In this document: piece by piece, positions 36,901 through 49,275 of the stretch
How the letters are laid out: each line of letters opens with the position of its first letter
How positions within the stretch are numbered: the first letter of the stretch is position 1
NCBI GenBank assembly: GCA_002269645.1
Contig: NIVC01000553.1
Coordinates: 342,554 to 406,553 of the forward strand
Source of the DNA: Macrostomum lignano
Taxonomy: Eukaryota
Direction: 5' to 3'
DNA length: 64,000 bases
Notes under the pieces: model-generated
Told to the model about the DNA's origin: nothing
What the model saw: only the letters and a program-made list of their open reading frames with translations
Database searches by the model: none
Position numbers and translations under genes: made by a program

Positions 36901-38036
36901 AGTTTGTTAGACTGTTGTGTTACCTGTTAGACTGTTGTGTTACCTGTTAGACTGTTGTGTTACCTGTTAGACTGTTTTGTTACCTGTTAAACTGTTTATT
37001 ACCTTTTAGACTAGGACGTCACTTAATCCAAATAAATTACCTATGATGATTTGCAATTCAAAATTCAGGTTATTTTTGCAACAATTGCAGAAAGCAGGAA
37101 TTAAACTCAAAGAGAATGAGGTGGAGGAGCTAATCTACCAGCTGAAAAAGGGCGGAGAAGGTCGCAACAAAGAAGAGAAGCTGAAGGGCGACATCAACTA
37201 CAAGTGAGATGGGCTAGCAATCTACATATATTATAATACTTCATCTATGATCAAACTATGCTCATAGATTACCAATCCAGTTGCTGCGGATGACAACAGT
37301 GAAGTTTCGAGTTTGAGAAGTTTCGAGTTTGAGAAGTTTCGAGTTTGAGAAGTTTCGAGTTTGAGAAGTTTTGAGTTTGAGAAGTTTCGAGTTTGAGAAG
37401 TTTCGAGTTTGAGAAGTTTCGAGTTTGAGAAGTTTCGAGTTTGAGAAGTTTCGAGTTTGAGAAGTTTTGAGTTTGAGAAGTTTCGAGTTTGAGAAGTTTC
37501 GAGTTTGAGAAGTTTCGAGCTTGAGAAGTTTCGAGTTTGAGAAGTTTCGAGTTTGAGAAGTTTTGAGTTTGAGAAGTTTCGAGTTTGAGAAGTTTCGAGT
37601 TTGAGAAATTTCGAGCTTGAGAAGTTTCGAGCTTGAGTCATAGCAACAGCAACTCAATCCCCAATCCCAATCCAGGAAGTTCAGCGAAGGCTTTCGGGAC
37701 CAGCGTCGCAAGGAGCGGATGATGAAGATCCAGGAGCGCAACCTGCAGCAGAGGCTGAAGTCATATCACAATGACATCCTGACTGAGGGCGCACCGAGGC
37801 AGAGAGTCAGCGAAGAACTCGGCACGGTGTCACTGGCTGATGTCTTCTTCGGGCGTCGGGCCACCGACTCGGGAGTTGTGGCTGCTCCTGTAGATGCTGC
37901 ACCGCCCACACTGCTGAAGCCGCTATCGGTGGAGACTCCGCTCGGCAATAAGAAGTCACCAACGCCAGCCAAAGGCCGCAAGCACCATGCCAAGAAGCAG
38001 TCGAAAAAGAAATCGACTAAGTCGGGCAAGAAGTAG
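30957..38036 (+). CDS. LRRC74A: RNI-like leucine-rich repeat protein with a degenerate EF-hand-like region (LRRC74-like), 606 aa, 9 exons
   Basis: Exons 30957-31083, 31346-31602, 31730-31837, 32573-32666, 33234-33646, 34353-34445, 35742-35996, 37091-37203, 37676-38036; all GT..AG with consistent phases; total 1821 nt. Acidic DESDTDLD N-motif, YLDTCRE motif, LRRs (SNCIGDKGSIAVADMMKANATIHTLDLSSNQIGEEGG..) and a Lys-rich tail. The gene model is secure; the orthology name is moderately certain. Confidence 0.9.
31098..31290. repeat. ~25-bp purine-rich repeat (GAGATTGAGAAGGAGAGCGAGTGGGG), LRRC74 intron 1
   Basis: About 7 diverged copies. Confidence 0.88.
31865..32540. repeat. 24-bp minisatellite (GGGAGTGAGGTGGGTGAGAGGGAC), LRRC74 intron 3
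   Basis: About 28 copies. Confidence 0.97.
32745..33223. repeat. (AATCATC)n 7-bp satellite, LRRC74 intron 4
   Basis: About 65 copies, ending about 8 nt before the acceptor AG. Confidence 0.97.
33657..34338. repeat. (TCAC)n microsatellite filling LRRC74 intron 5
   Basis: About 170 units; occupies over 95% of the 706-nt intron. Confidence 0.98.
34590..35677. repeat. 14-bp minisatellite (TCTGAATCTACCCC), LRRC74 intron 6
   Basis: About 75 copies. Confidence 0.97.
36020..37005. repeat. 20-bp minisatellite (GTGTTACCTGTTAGACTGTT), LRRC74 intron 7
   Basis: About 45 copies, with recurring variant blocks in the right half. Confidence 0.97.
37305..37637. repeat. 16-bp minisatellite (GAGAAGTTTCGAGTTT), LRRC74 intron 8
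   Basis: About 20 copies. Confidence 0.97.
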
Positions 38037-38319
38037 GCCTTAGCAACTCTTTGGATTGTTTGATTTTTTATTATTTATTAGAAAATAAACTGCGCATCGT
38101 CTACTGTGAGTAGTTTGTCAGCGCGATGCTTTACTTTTGTATTTCTTAAGAATTTGTATAGATTTGATGCTTTATGGCCGTGTTGAGCCGCGAATGTTTT
38201 TTGTTATAATTCGATTTTATTACGACCTATTTTCGAAAAAAATATATAATTACGACCGGAAATATTTTGACATGTCCGCTACTTATCTCCCTCTTATTAT
38301 ATTTATCTTCCGCTACTTA

Positions 38320-39205
38320 CCTCTCTCCCTCACCCCTCTCCCCCTCACCCCTCTCCCCCTCACCCTCTCCCCCTCACCCCTCTCCCCCTCACCCCTCTCC
38401 CCCTCACCCCTCTCCCCCTCTCTCCCTCACCCCTCTCCCCCTCACCCCTCTCCCCCTCACCTCTCTCCCCTCACCCCTCTCCCCCTCACCCCTCACCCCT
38501 CTCGCCTCACCCCTCTCCCCCTCACCCCTCTCCCCCTCACGCCTCTCCCCCTCTCTCCCTCTCTCTCTCCCTCTCTTCCTCACCCCTCTCTCGCCTCACC
38601 CCTCTCCCCCTCACCCCTCTCCCCCTCACTCCTCTCCCCCTCACCCCTCTCCCCTCACCTCTCTCCCTCACCTCTCCCCCTCACCCCTCTCCCCTCACCC
38701 CTCTCGCCTCACCCCTCTCCCCCTCACCCCTCTCGCCTCACCCCTCTCCCCCTCACCCCTCTCGCCTCACCCCTCTCCCCCTCACCCCTCTCCCCCTCAC
38801 CCCTCTCCCCCTCACCCCTCTCCCCCTCTCTCCCTCTCTCTCTCCTTCTCCTCCTCTCCCCCTCTCTCCCTCGATACAAAGATGGTTATATAATTGGGTA
38901 GAAAGATAGAGACAGGGGTGGGTGGAAAGCACGTACATGCTGTACAATAGCAACCCCCAACCCCGCTCCAGCGACTGGCGCATACAAGTACACTTGCAAC
39001 TCACTACAACTCTCTCCCTCTCTCCCTCTCCCCCTCTCACTCTCTCCCCTCTCACTCTCTCCCTCTCCCCTTTCACTCTCTCATCTCTCTCCCCTCTCCC
39101 TCTCTCCCTCTCTCCCTCTCTCCCTCTCTCCCTCTCTCCCTCTCTCCCTCTCTCCCTCTCTCCCTCCCCCTTCGACCTTCTACCCTCTCTCCCTCTCTCT
39201 CTCTC
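38320..39205. repeat. Pyrimidine-rich low-complexity tracts (CCCCTCACCCCTCTC-like and CTCTCTCC-like)
   Basis: Direct inspection; interrupted by a unique spacer at about 38880-39010. Confidence 0.93.
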
Positions 39206-39699
39206 TTATCACTGTCCCTTTTCTCTCTCCGGTGAAGAGAACAGATCAGAAATCCTGTGATTTGAAAGGAACTAAGAGCGTATGACACAGCAGGACTGCC
39301 TGCTGCAATACATTTTTACCCGCAGGCAAAAACTGCTTTCGGGTCTTTTAAGGTTTTTTAAGCTCAGCGCCGCAGAGAGCCAGACTAAGTTAGCGAGAGG
39401 TCAGAAAATTTAATTTGCAAACAAATGAACGCCTAACCTTTATATGCCTGTCTGCACTTCTATTCGGCCTCTCGGTCCAGAGGAACTGTGTTGCTGCGAG
39501 TATATGCTGGTGCTTGCAACTAAACTGAATCTAGTTCTGACCTGGTTGCAGCTCTCATGCCTATCTCATCACTCCCTGCCTTTACTTCTCTATAACTCAC
39601 TGTCCGCTTTCTCTCCATCTTCTGGAAATCCCTTCTACACCACCTCTCACTCTGTTAAACTCTACCTCCTCGTATCTCCCAACTTTACTTTACACTTCT

Positions 39700-40522
39700 C
39701 CGTCTCCCTCTCCCTCTCCCTCTCCCTTTCCGCCCCCTCTCCCTCTCCCTCTCCCTCTCCCTCTCCCTCTCCCTCTCCCCCTCTCCTCTCCCTCTCCCCC
39801 CTCTCCCTCTCCCTCTCCCCCTCTCCCTCTCCCTCTCCCTCTCCCTCTCCCTCTCCCTCTCCGTCTCCCTCTCCCTCTCCCTCTCCCTCTCCGTCTCCGT
39901 CTCCCTCTCCCTCTCCCTCTCCCTCTCCCTCTCCCTCTCCCTCTCCGTCTCCCTCTCCCTCTCCCTCTCCCTCTCCCTCTCCCTCTCCCTCTCCCTCTCC
40001 CTCTCCCTCTCCCTCTCCCTCTCCGTCTCCCTCTCCCTCTCCCTCTCCCTCTCCCTCTCCCTCTCCCTCTCCGTCTCCCTCTCCGTCTCCCTCTCCCTCT
40101 CCCTCTCCCTCTCCCTCTCCCTCTCCCTCTCCCTCTCCCTCTCCCTCTCCCTCTTCCTCTCCCTCTCCGTCTCCCTCTCCCTCTCCCTCTCCCTCTCCCT
40201 CTCCCTCTCACTCTTCCTCTCCCTCCCTCTCCCTCTCCCTCTCCCTCTCCCTCTCCCTCTCCCTCTCCCTCTCCCTCTCCCTCTCCCTCTCTCTCTCCCT
40301 CTCCCTCTCCCTCTCCCTCTCCCTCTCCCTCTCCCTCTCCCTCCCCCTCTCCCTCTCCCTCTCCCTCTCCCTCTCCTCTCCCTCTCCCTCTCCCTCTCCC
40401 TCTCCCTCTCCCTCTCCCTCTCCCTCTCCCTCTCCCTCTCCCTCTCCCTCTCCCTCTCCCTCTCCCTCTCCCTCTCCCTCTCCCTCTCCTCTCCCTCTCC
40501 CTCTCCCTCTCCCTCTCCCTCT
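39700..40522. repeat. (CTCTCC)n hexamer microsatellite
   Basis: Direct inspection. Confidence 0.97.
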
Positions 40523-40839
40523 CGCTGTCATTTTCCCTCTCCAACGTATCGGCTACGCAAATTTTTTATTTCATCTTTAAATTCTTCTTTAAATTCACAC
40601 AGCTGCTGATAAAAATACAAAGCAGTTTTGAATCGATTCTTATCAATATACGGGTAATATGCTTCTCAAATATCCTTCACATAAGACGTCAATCAAACCA
40701 CAATTGAGCTGTCACCCTCTTTCTCTCTAGCAGACAGGTGCTCAACAATAAGTAGTGGCCACTATTGGGATAATTTCTTCTGCGCTTCCCACTCCACTAA
40801 AATCGCTTCCTCCCCCTACCCCGAAATCCAACCGCGGTC

Positions 40840-40853
40840 GTCTCCATGGCAAC
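40840..40853. promoter_or_regulatory. Candidate RFX X-box (GTCTCCATGGCAAC)
   Basis: Exact match to the GTHNYYAT-RRNAAC X-box consensus, in a unique island between satellites. Target gene not established. Confidence 0.45.
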
Positions 40854-41282
40854 GCGAGTCCATAGTTGAGCACGCTCACCTATTAGCAGCGGTGGATTAT
40901 ATTTATAGAATTGGTCAGAGATGGACTTTCAGGGTGGGGAAGAGAGAATTATTGACTGACCAAGCCAGCCAACCCAGTGGACTTGGGGTTGAAAGTAATT
41001 CTAAAAGCTGGGAAGGCTGTACAATTTGAGCCAACTCAATAGCTTAGTATAAGGTTGGCTCAATCTAAATCAACTCGCAACTTGAGTACAGTTTTGAGCC
41101 TTTGTGTAGCTTGCTAAACAATTGATTAAGTTTTAAAGAAAAACCTGTAAGCATTGAGACAGTTGCTGTATAGACAAATTTCAAATCCATTCAATTGTGA
41201 GAAGTTAAAATTGATCGCATTGATCTGTGAGTGAAGTTCTTCATTTTGGTAAGTTTTTCAGTTGAGCATTTGTCAATCATTT

Positions 41283-42767
41283 GGTGTCAGAAGTGTCTGA
41301 ACAGTGAGTGTCAGGGGTGTCTGAACAGTGAGTGTCAGGGGTGTCTGAACAGTGAGTGTCAGGGGTGTCTGAACAGTGAGTGTCAGGGGTGTCTGAACAG
41401 TGAGTGTCAGTCTGAACAGTGAGTGTCAGGGGTCTCTGAACAGTGAGTGTCAGGGGTATCTGATCAGTGAGTGTTAGAGGTGTCTGAACAGTGAGTGTCA
41501 GGGGTGTCTGAACAGTGAGTGTCAGGGGTGTCTGAACAGTGAGTGTCAGGGGTGTCTGAACAGTGAGTGTCAGGGGTGTCTGAACAGTGAGTGTCAGGGG
41601 TGTCTGATCAGTGAGTGTCAGGGGTGTCTGAACAGTGAGTGTCAGGGGTGTCTGAACAGTGAGTGTCAGGGGTGTCTGAACAGTGAGTGTCAGGGGTGTC
41701 TGAACAGTGAGTGTCAGGGGTGTCTGAACAGTGAGTGTCAGGGGTGTCTGAACAGTGAGTGTCAGGGGTGTCTGAACAGTGAGTGTCAGGGGTGTCTGAA
41801 CAGTGAGTGTCAGGGGTGTCTGAATAGTGAGTGTCAGGGGTGTCTGATCAGTGAGTGTCAGGGGTGTCTGAACAGTGAGTGTCAGGGGTGTCTGAACAGT
41901 GAGTGTCAGGGGTCTCTGAACAGTGAGTGTCAGGGGTATCTGATCAGTGAGTGTCAGGGGTGTCTGAACAGTGAGTGTTAGGGGTGTCTGAACAGTGAGT
42001 GTTAGGGGTATCTGATCAGTGAGTGTTAGGGGTGTCTGAACAGTGAGTGTTAGGGGTATCTGATCAGTGAGTGTTAGGGGTGTCTGATCAGTGAGTGTCA
42101 GGGGTGTCTGAACAGTGAGTGTCAGGGGTGTCTGAACAGTGAGTGTCAGGGGTGTCTGAACAGAGAGTGTCAGGGGTGTCTGAACAGTGAGTGTCAAGGG
42201 TGTCTGAACAGTGAGTGTCAGGGGTGTCTGAACAGTGAGTGTCAGGGGTGTCTGAACAGTGAGTGTTAGGGGTGTCTGATCAGTGAGTGTCAGGGGTGTC
42301 TGAACAGTGAGTGTCAGGGGTGTCTGAACAGTGAGTGTCAGGGGTGTCTGAACAGTGAGTGTTAGGGGTGTCGGAACAGTGAGTGTCAGGGGTATCTGAT
42401 CAGTGAGTGTCAGGGGTGTCTGAACAGTGAGTGTCAGGGGTATCTGATCAGTGAGTGTCAGGGGTGTCTGAACAGTGAGTGTTAGGGGTGTCTGATCAGT
42501 GAGTGTCAGGGGTGTCTGGAGTGTCAGGGGTGTCTGATCAGTGAGTGTTAGGGGTGTCGGAACAGTGAGTGTCAGGGGTATCTGATCAGTGAGTGTCAGG
42601 GGTGTCTGATCAGTGAGTGTTAGGGGTGTCGGAACAGTGAGTGTCAGGGGTATCTGATCAGTGAGTGTCAGGGGTGTCTGAACAGTGAGTGTTAGGGGTG
42701 TCTGATCAGTGAGTGTCAGGGGTGTCTGGAGTGTCAGGGGTGTCTGATCAGTGAGTGTTAGGGGTGT
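41283..42767. repeat. 24-bp minisatellite (CAGTGAGTGTCAGGGGTGTCTGAA)
   Basis: About 60 copies. Confidence 0.98.
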
Positions 42768-43142
42768 ATAAACTGCAGTAGAGTTTATAAATGTTTATAA
42801 ATTATACTGCTTAAAATAGTACTTGATCTGAATGCCGATTGCTGAATGCAGAAGGGCAATATTTGCTGTGAGAACAGGCCCCAGTGTGGGAAATGGACGA
42901 GGCCGTTGAGCATGGATTTTGACCGTCGCGCTGAAGAAAAAACCAACAAGGAAATTTGAGCAAAGTTTGAATGAAATGGAGACGAAAATGGGAGCAAAAA
43001 GCTTTAGTTGATTCCCAGTACTCATGGAGACTCATACAGGCACAAGGGCAATCTGCGAACTCTGCGAAATTGATGAGAAAATATCAGCCCTATAGGGAGA
43101 CCTGGACCGTAGAAAGACAGACTAAGCATTAAATCTGGATAG

Positions 43143-44313
<1,171 letters not shown>

Positions 44314-44662
44314 ACCGACCCTCAGGCCCCATTCAGATCACATACAAAGCTCAAGTTCACAATTCCTGGCGCTACTAAATATGCCAGTTTCTCCGTGTCT
44401 CGAGTCAGCCATGCGTATCGCCACTTAAACTCTTAAACTGCTCAGTCAAAGAGTGAGAATGGAGTGGATAGGAAAGAGCTTTAGCCAGAATAGAACAACT
44501 CACAAACCCATGCAGAAGAACTAGCCAGGCGCTCTTCTAAGTCTTGTGTCTCTCCTTGCAATTCTCTCCTGTCTTGGCCAATGAGAGCCCCGCTAACCCA
44601 AGTCACTCGCAACTGCAAGCGGCCCCAATTGCCTCTATAAACCCCCCGCAGAACCGTCTCAG

Positions 44663-45676
44663 ATGTACAGGCGCTACAGGCTGCTCCAGCAGACTCCGCT
44701 AGTCTCTGTTAGTTGCAGCAACTTTGACAGCGACGCCGAAATGCCAACTAGAAGCGTCGATTGGGACAGCCAGTATCGCCTTCGGGCTGACGGACAAGAT
44801 TTGTCCAGCTGCTCGGGCCTGGATGAGGAGGGCCTCATCACTATTCAGCAGAATCTCTCTCAGGGCTCGTCAGCGAAGATCCGATCTTCCCTGCTGCTCA
44901 CTGGACCGCCAGGCAGCGGCAAGACGCACCTCATCTCCTGCCTAGCCGTGGAGTACTCAAGTGACCTAGCTGTACTGCGAGTGCCTGCTCAAGCTCTGCT
45001 CAACTCCGAAGGAGAATCTCGTCGACTGTTTCAACACCTGCAGAGTCAGCAGGGTCAGCAGCCGAGGAGGTACCTACTTGCCATTGACAACCTGGACGTT
45101 CTGCTTGGAGGCTCCGTTGACAGCGGCGCTGGCAGGGCGCTCTCGGAGCTGACTGACTGTCTGTTGACCTGCGGCAAACTTCCTGTCGTGCTGTCCACCT
45201 GCCGCCCCTGGCAGCTGATGTCGGAGCAGCCCAGACTCCGAGATCTGCTCAAGCGCAGCACCGTCTGCTTGTCCAGAGCGCCAGGTCGAGCGGAGAGGCG
45301 GCGAATTCTGGCAGGCCTGGCCAAGCTCAAGGACGCCTGGGCGCCGTTCCAGTTCTCGTTGAGGTCGGCGGATTTCAACGGCAGCGACGATGCTGTCGAG
45401 AATTTGACGCAGCCGGCTATGCTGGAAGTAATCCTGTCCGCTAGCGAAGGCATGTCGCCACGAGACCTGGTCTGCCTGCTGCACCAGGCCGCCAACTTCC
45501 CAATTAAACGGCTGGTTGATCAGCGGGTGAGGCTGGTTGACAACCCGGATCTGCTGCAACTTGACAGCGCCGATATTGGCCGCGTGCTGGCAGAGTGCCA
45601 CGCCTCAGTGAGCGATGAGGAATGGCGGCGGTACAGCATCTGGGCGGCGAGTTTTTGCGGCGAGAATGACGACTGA
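44663..45676 (+). CDS. Divergent AAA+ ATPase-like protein of the Vps4/katanin/spastin/fidgetin clade, 337 aa, intronless
   Basis: Walker A GPPGSGKT (44903-44926), Walker B-like LLAIDNLD, SRH-like STCRPW and a Vps4_C-like tail HASVSDEEWRRYSIWAASF. The start is uncertain: the frame is open from 44597, CCAAT (44577) and TATAAA (44636) could favour Met27 at 44741, and upstream AG acceptors exist. Confidence 0.8.
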   Translation: MYRRYRLLQQTPLVSVSCSNFDSDAEMPTRSVDWDSQYRLRADGQDLSSCSGLDEEGLITIQQNLSQGSSAKIRSSLLLTGPPGSGKTHLISCLAVEYSSDLAVLRVPAQALLNSEGESRRLFQHLQSQQGQQPRRYLLAIDNLDVLLGGSVDSGAGRALSELTDCLLTCGKLPVVLSTCRPWQLMSEQPRLRDLLKRSTVCLSRAPGRAERRRILAGLAKLKDAWAPFQFSLRSADFNGSDDAVENLTQPAMLEVILSASEGMSPRDLVCLLHQAANFPIKRLVDQRVRLVDNPDLLQLDSADIGRVLAECHASVSDEEWRRYSIWAASFCGENDD

Positions 45677-45744
45677 TTAGAATTTGATAATGTACTTTAG
45701 TGCGGCGCTCTGTCAATGGGGTTGTTGGCGGTTAGGTGTGCGTC

Positions 45745-46010
45745 AGATGCTGACTTAAACCTGTCAGGTGTGTGTCAGATGCTGACTTTTACCTGTCAGG
45801 TGTGTGTCAGATGCTGACTTTTACCTGTCAGGTGTGCGTCAGATGCTGACTTTTACCTGTCAGGTGTGCGTCAGATGCTGACTTTTACCTGTCAGGTGTG
45901 TGTCAGATGCTGACTTTAACCTGTCAGGTGTGTGTCAGATACTGAATTGAACCTGTCAGATGTGTGTCAGATACTGAATTGAACCTGTCAGGTATGTGTC
46001 AGATGCTAGT
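45745..46010. repeat. 32-bp minisatellite (ACCTGTCAGGTGTGTGTCAGATGCTGACTTTT) downstream of the AAA gene
   Basis: About 8 copies. Confidence 0.93.
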
Positions 46011-47174
46011 TTCTGTTTAGTCGGGGTGTCAGATGCAGGTTGATTAATAAATTTTTCCCATATTTCATATTTTCTAGCAAGATTTAATCAGGTTATTAAT
46101 TCTGATGTTTCATTGGCACACATGTGAAATAAATTTGTCTTCGTAAACAGGTGTGTGACAGTAACCAACAGCTAATTAAGTATTAATACTTTTTTATATG
46201 AAATTACGTGAATTGAAATGAAAATTTTTTTACAAATATGTTTAAGTGTTAAGACTTAAGCAGTCAAATTATAAGCGAAAACTAAGTAGAACATATTCAT
46301 CGTGTTTAAAACAAAATTGTAAAAATGCTTGTTTCTAATTTAAAAAATAGTTGAATTCTATTTAACAATCATATTAGTTATCTATTGAAAATTTATTTTA
46401 AGTTTACGTTTTCTACTTAAAGAATACAGAGAGTGTTGCATTCTTTATTTGTTTTAATAAATATTTCAATAAAAGCAAACTCAAGGAAATTACCTACGTA
46501 TTCTGCAGGTGACACCAGCACTTTTTAATGAATATTTTGCACCCTGTTTTTTAATTTAAAACACCAACTTGATTTGTCTTATTTAAAAGGGATTTTATTG
46601 AATTTTAGCTAATAGCCTATATTCTAATTAGCTCTGTTGTTGTTGTTGTTGTTGTTGTTGTAATTAGCTAATGATCTAAATGTAGTTAGCTAATAGTCTG
46701 TTCTTTCTATTTAGCTAATAGACTGTTCTAATACGCTACGCCTATTCTAATTAGCTAATAGCCTATTAGTCTATTTTATTTAGCTAATAGCTTATTCTAA
46801 TTTGCTAATAGCCTTGGGCTAGACAACAAACTATACTTAAAAAAAATAAGTTCTAACGGGCACAAGAATTATCTTTTCCTCTTTTCCTTTCATAACTGTC
46901 GACAAAAAGCTTCTCTTCTTAATGAGCTACATATAGATGAAAGGTAAAAGTCTAGATGCCTTATCCAATTAGTCAGGATGCGATGAGAGAGCCTTGACCT
47001 CACAATATGCTTGTACTTGTTTGCGCTATGCAAGTGAAGTGTAATATTCATTATTGAATAGAAAGTGTGTGTGTGTGTGTGCACTCAGTTTCCTTGTAGA
47101 TGCACATAAAAATTCTTATGTTTGCTTGCATTATCGATAACAAAGGTTATGAGAGGAGCGTCTTAAAGAGTTTA

Positions 47175-47575
47175 AAAGGAGGAGAAAGGAGAAAGGAGAG
47201 GAGAGAAGAGAAGAGAGAGGAGATAGGAGAGAGGAGAGAGAAGGGGAGAGTGGAGAGAGGAGAGTAGAGAGTGGAGAGAGGAGATAAGATAGAGGTGAGG
47301 GCAGGGAAGAGAGTCGAGAGAGGAGAGAGGAGAGAGGAGAGAAGAAAGAGGAGAGAGGAGAGAGAGAGGAGATAAGGTAGAGAAGAGGGGAGGGAGAAGA
47401 GAGGAGAGAGGAGAGGAGAGAGAAGAAAGAAGAGAGGAGAGAGGAGATCAGAGAGGAGAGTGGTGGAGAGGAGAGAGGAGAGGAGAGGAGATGAGAGAGG
47501 ACAGGAGAGGGGAGACAGGAGAGGAGAGGGGAGAGGGTATAGAAGGGGAAGGGGAAGGAGAGAGGAGAGAAAAGC
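47175..47575. repeat. GA-rich low-complexity tract
   Basis: Direct inspection (GAGAG/GAGGA units). Confidence 0.9.
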
Positions 47576-48114
47576 GGAAAATAAAAACCCATCAGTGCAA
47601 AATGACACAAGATGCTGCTCAGGTTCCTACGCACAACAAGCAGGAGGCGCGGGGATGCCTGCCCGACTATAATGAGCCTACATTTACACCTTTTTATCAA
47701 AAACGCTTTAACCAAACTGACAATCCTCATGCACTGATCCCGAACTTATCGTTTCAGTTTACAAACAAACTAAAAAGAAGACGGCTTGGCCCAGTTGAGT
47801 CTAAATCTGCTCAGCTCCGCAAAGCAATAATAAACAAGACACTGACTGATTGAATTCTGTCCCCTAGAGCCGGTTCTCCAGGCTTTAAGACTGAGTACTG
47901 CTAAGTTTCCAGAGCCAATCGAGTCGGAATAGAGCGAGGTAGGAAAGCTGATTGATTAGGGTTGCTGAGCCGGAAAAGTGCCTTTGATCTGGCATAACAA
48001 ATTCACTTTCTATAACTGAGCTGCCTGATACTCGCTATCAACCTGATTGATATTCTGAGAGGGGCGATTAGTTTATAGTCATAAAAATAGAAGCCATATA
48101 ACCTCTATGAATAA

Positions 48115-49275
48115 GGATTAGAATGAATTGCTAATTGATTGAGTCACAAGATGGATGAAGGATTAGAATGGATTGCTAATCTACTGAGACACAATATGGA
48201 TGAAGGATTAGAATGGATTGCTAATCTACTGAGACACAATATGGATGAAGGATTAGAATGGATTGCTAATCTACTGAGACACAATATGGATGAAGGATTA
48301 GAGAGGATTGCTAATCTATTGAGACACAATATGGATGAAGGATTAGAGTGGATTGCTAATCTATTGAGACACAATATGGATGAAGGATTAGAATGGATTG
48401 CTAATCTACTGAGACACAATATGGATGAAGGATTAGAATGGATTGCTAATCTATTGAGACACAATATGGATGAAGGATTAGAGTGGATTGCTAATCTATT
48501 GAGACACAATATGGATGAAGGATTAGAATGGATTGCTAATCTACTGAGACACAATATGGATGAAGGATTAGAGAGGATTGCTAATCTACAATTGAGACAC
48601 AATATGGATGAAGGATTAGAATGGATTGCTAATCTATTGAGACACAATATGGATGAAGGATTAGAGTGGATTGCTAATCTATTGAGACACAATATAGATG
48701 AAGGATTAGAGTGGATTGCTAATCTACTGAGACACAATATGGATGAAGGATTAGAATGGATTGCTAATCTACTGAGACACAATATGGATGAAGGATTAGA
48801 ATGAATTGCTAATTGATTGAGTCACAAGATGGATGAAGGATTAGAATGGATTGCTAATCTACTGAGACACAATATGGATGAAGGATTAGAATGGATTGCT
48901 AATCTACTGAGACACAATATGGATGAAGGATTAGAATGGATTGCTAATCTACTGAGACACAATATGGATGAAGGATTAGAGAGGATTGCTAATCTACAAT
49001 TGAGACACAATATGGATGAAGGATTAGAATGGATTGCTAATCTATTGAGACACAATATGGATGAAGGATTAGAATGGATTGCTAATCTATTGAGACACAA
49101 TATGGATGAAGGATTAGAGTGGATTGCTAATCTATTGAGACACAATATAGATGAAGGATTAGAGTGGATTGCTAATCTACTGAGACACAATATGGATGAA
49201 GGATTAGAGTGGATTGCTAATCTACTGAGACACAAGATGGATGAAGGATTAGAGTGGATTGCTAATCTATTGAGC
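48115..49275. repeat. 45-bp minisatellite (GATGAAGGATTAGAATGGATTGCTAATCTACTGAGACACAATATG) with a 678-bp higher-order duplication
   Basis: About 25 copies; the degenerate start unit recurs at 48115 and 48793. The same family occurs at 59770-60195. Confidence 0.97.

Noticed and set aside
47491-47853. 120-aa ORF with a unique C-terminal part (MTQDAAQV..)
   Set aside because: No recognisable motif or splice context, and the first third is low-complexity sequence.
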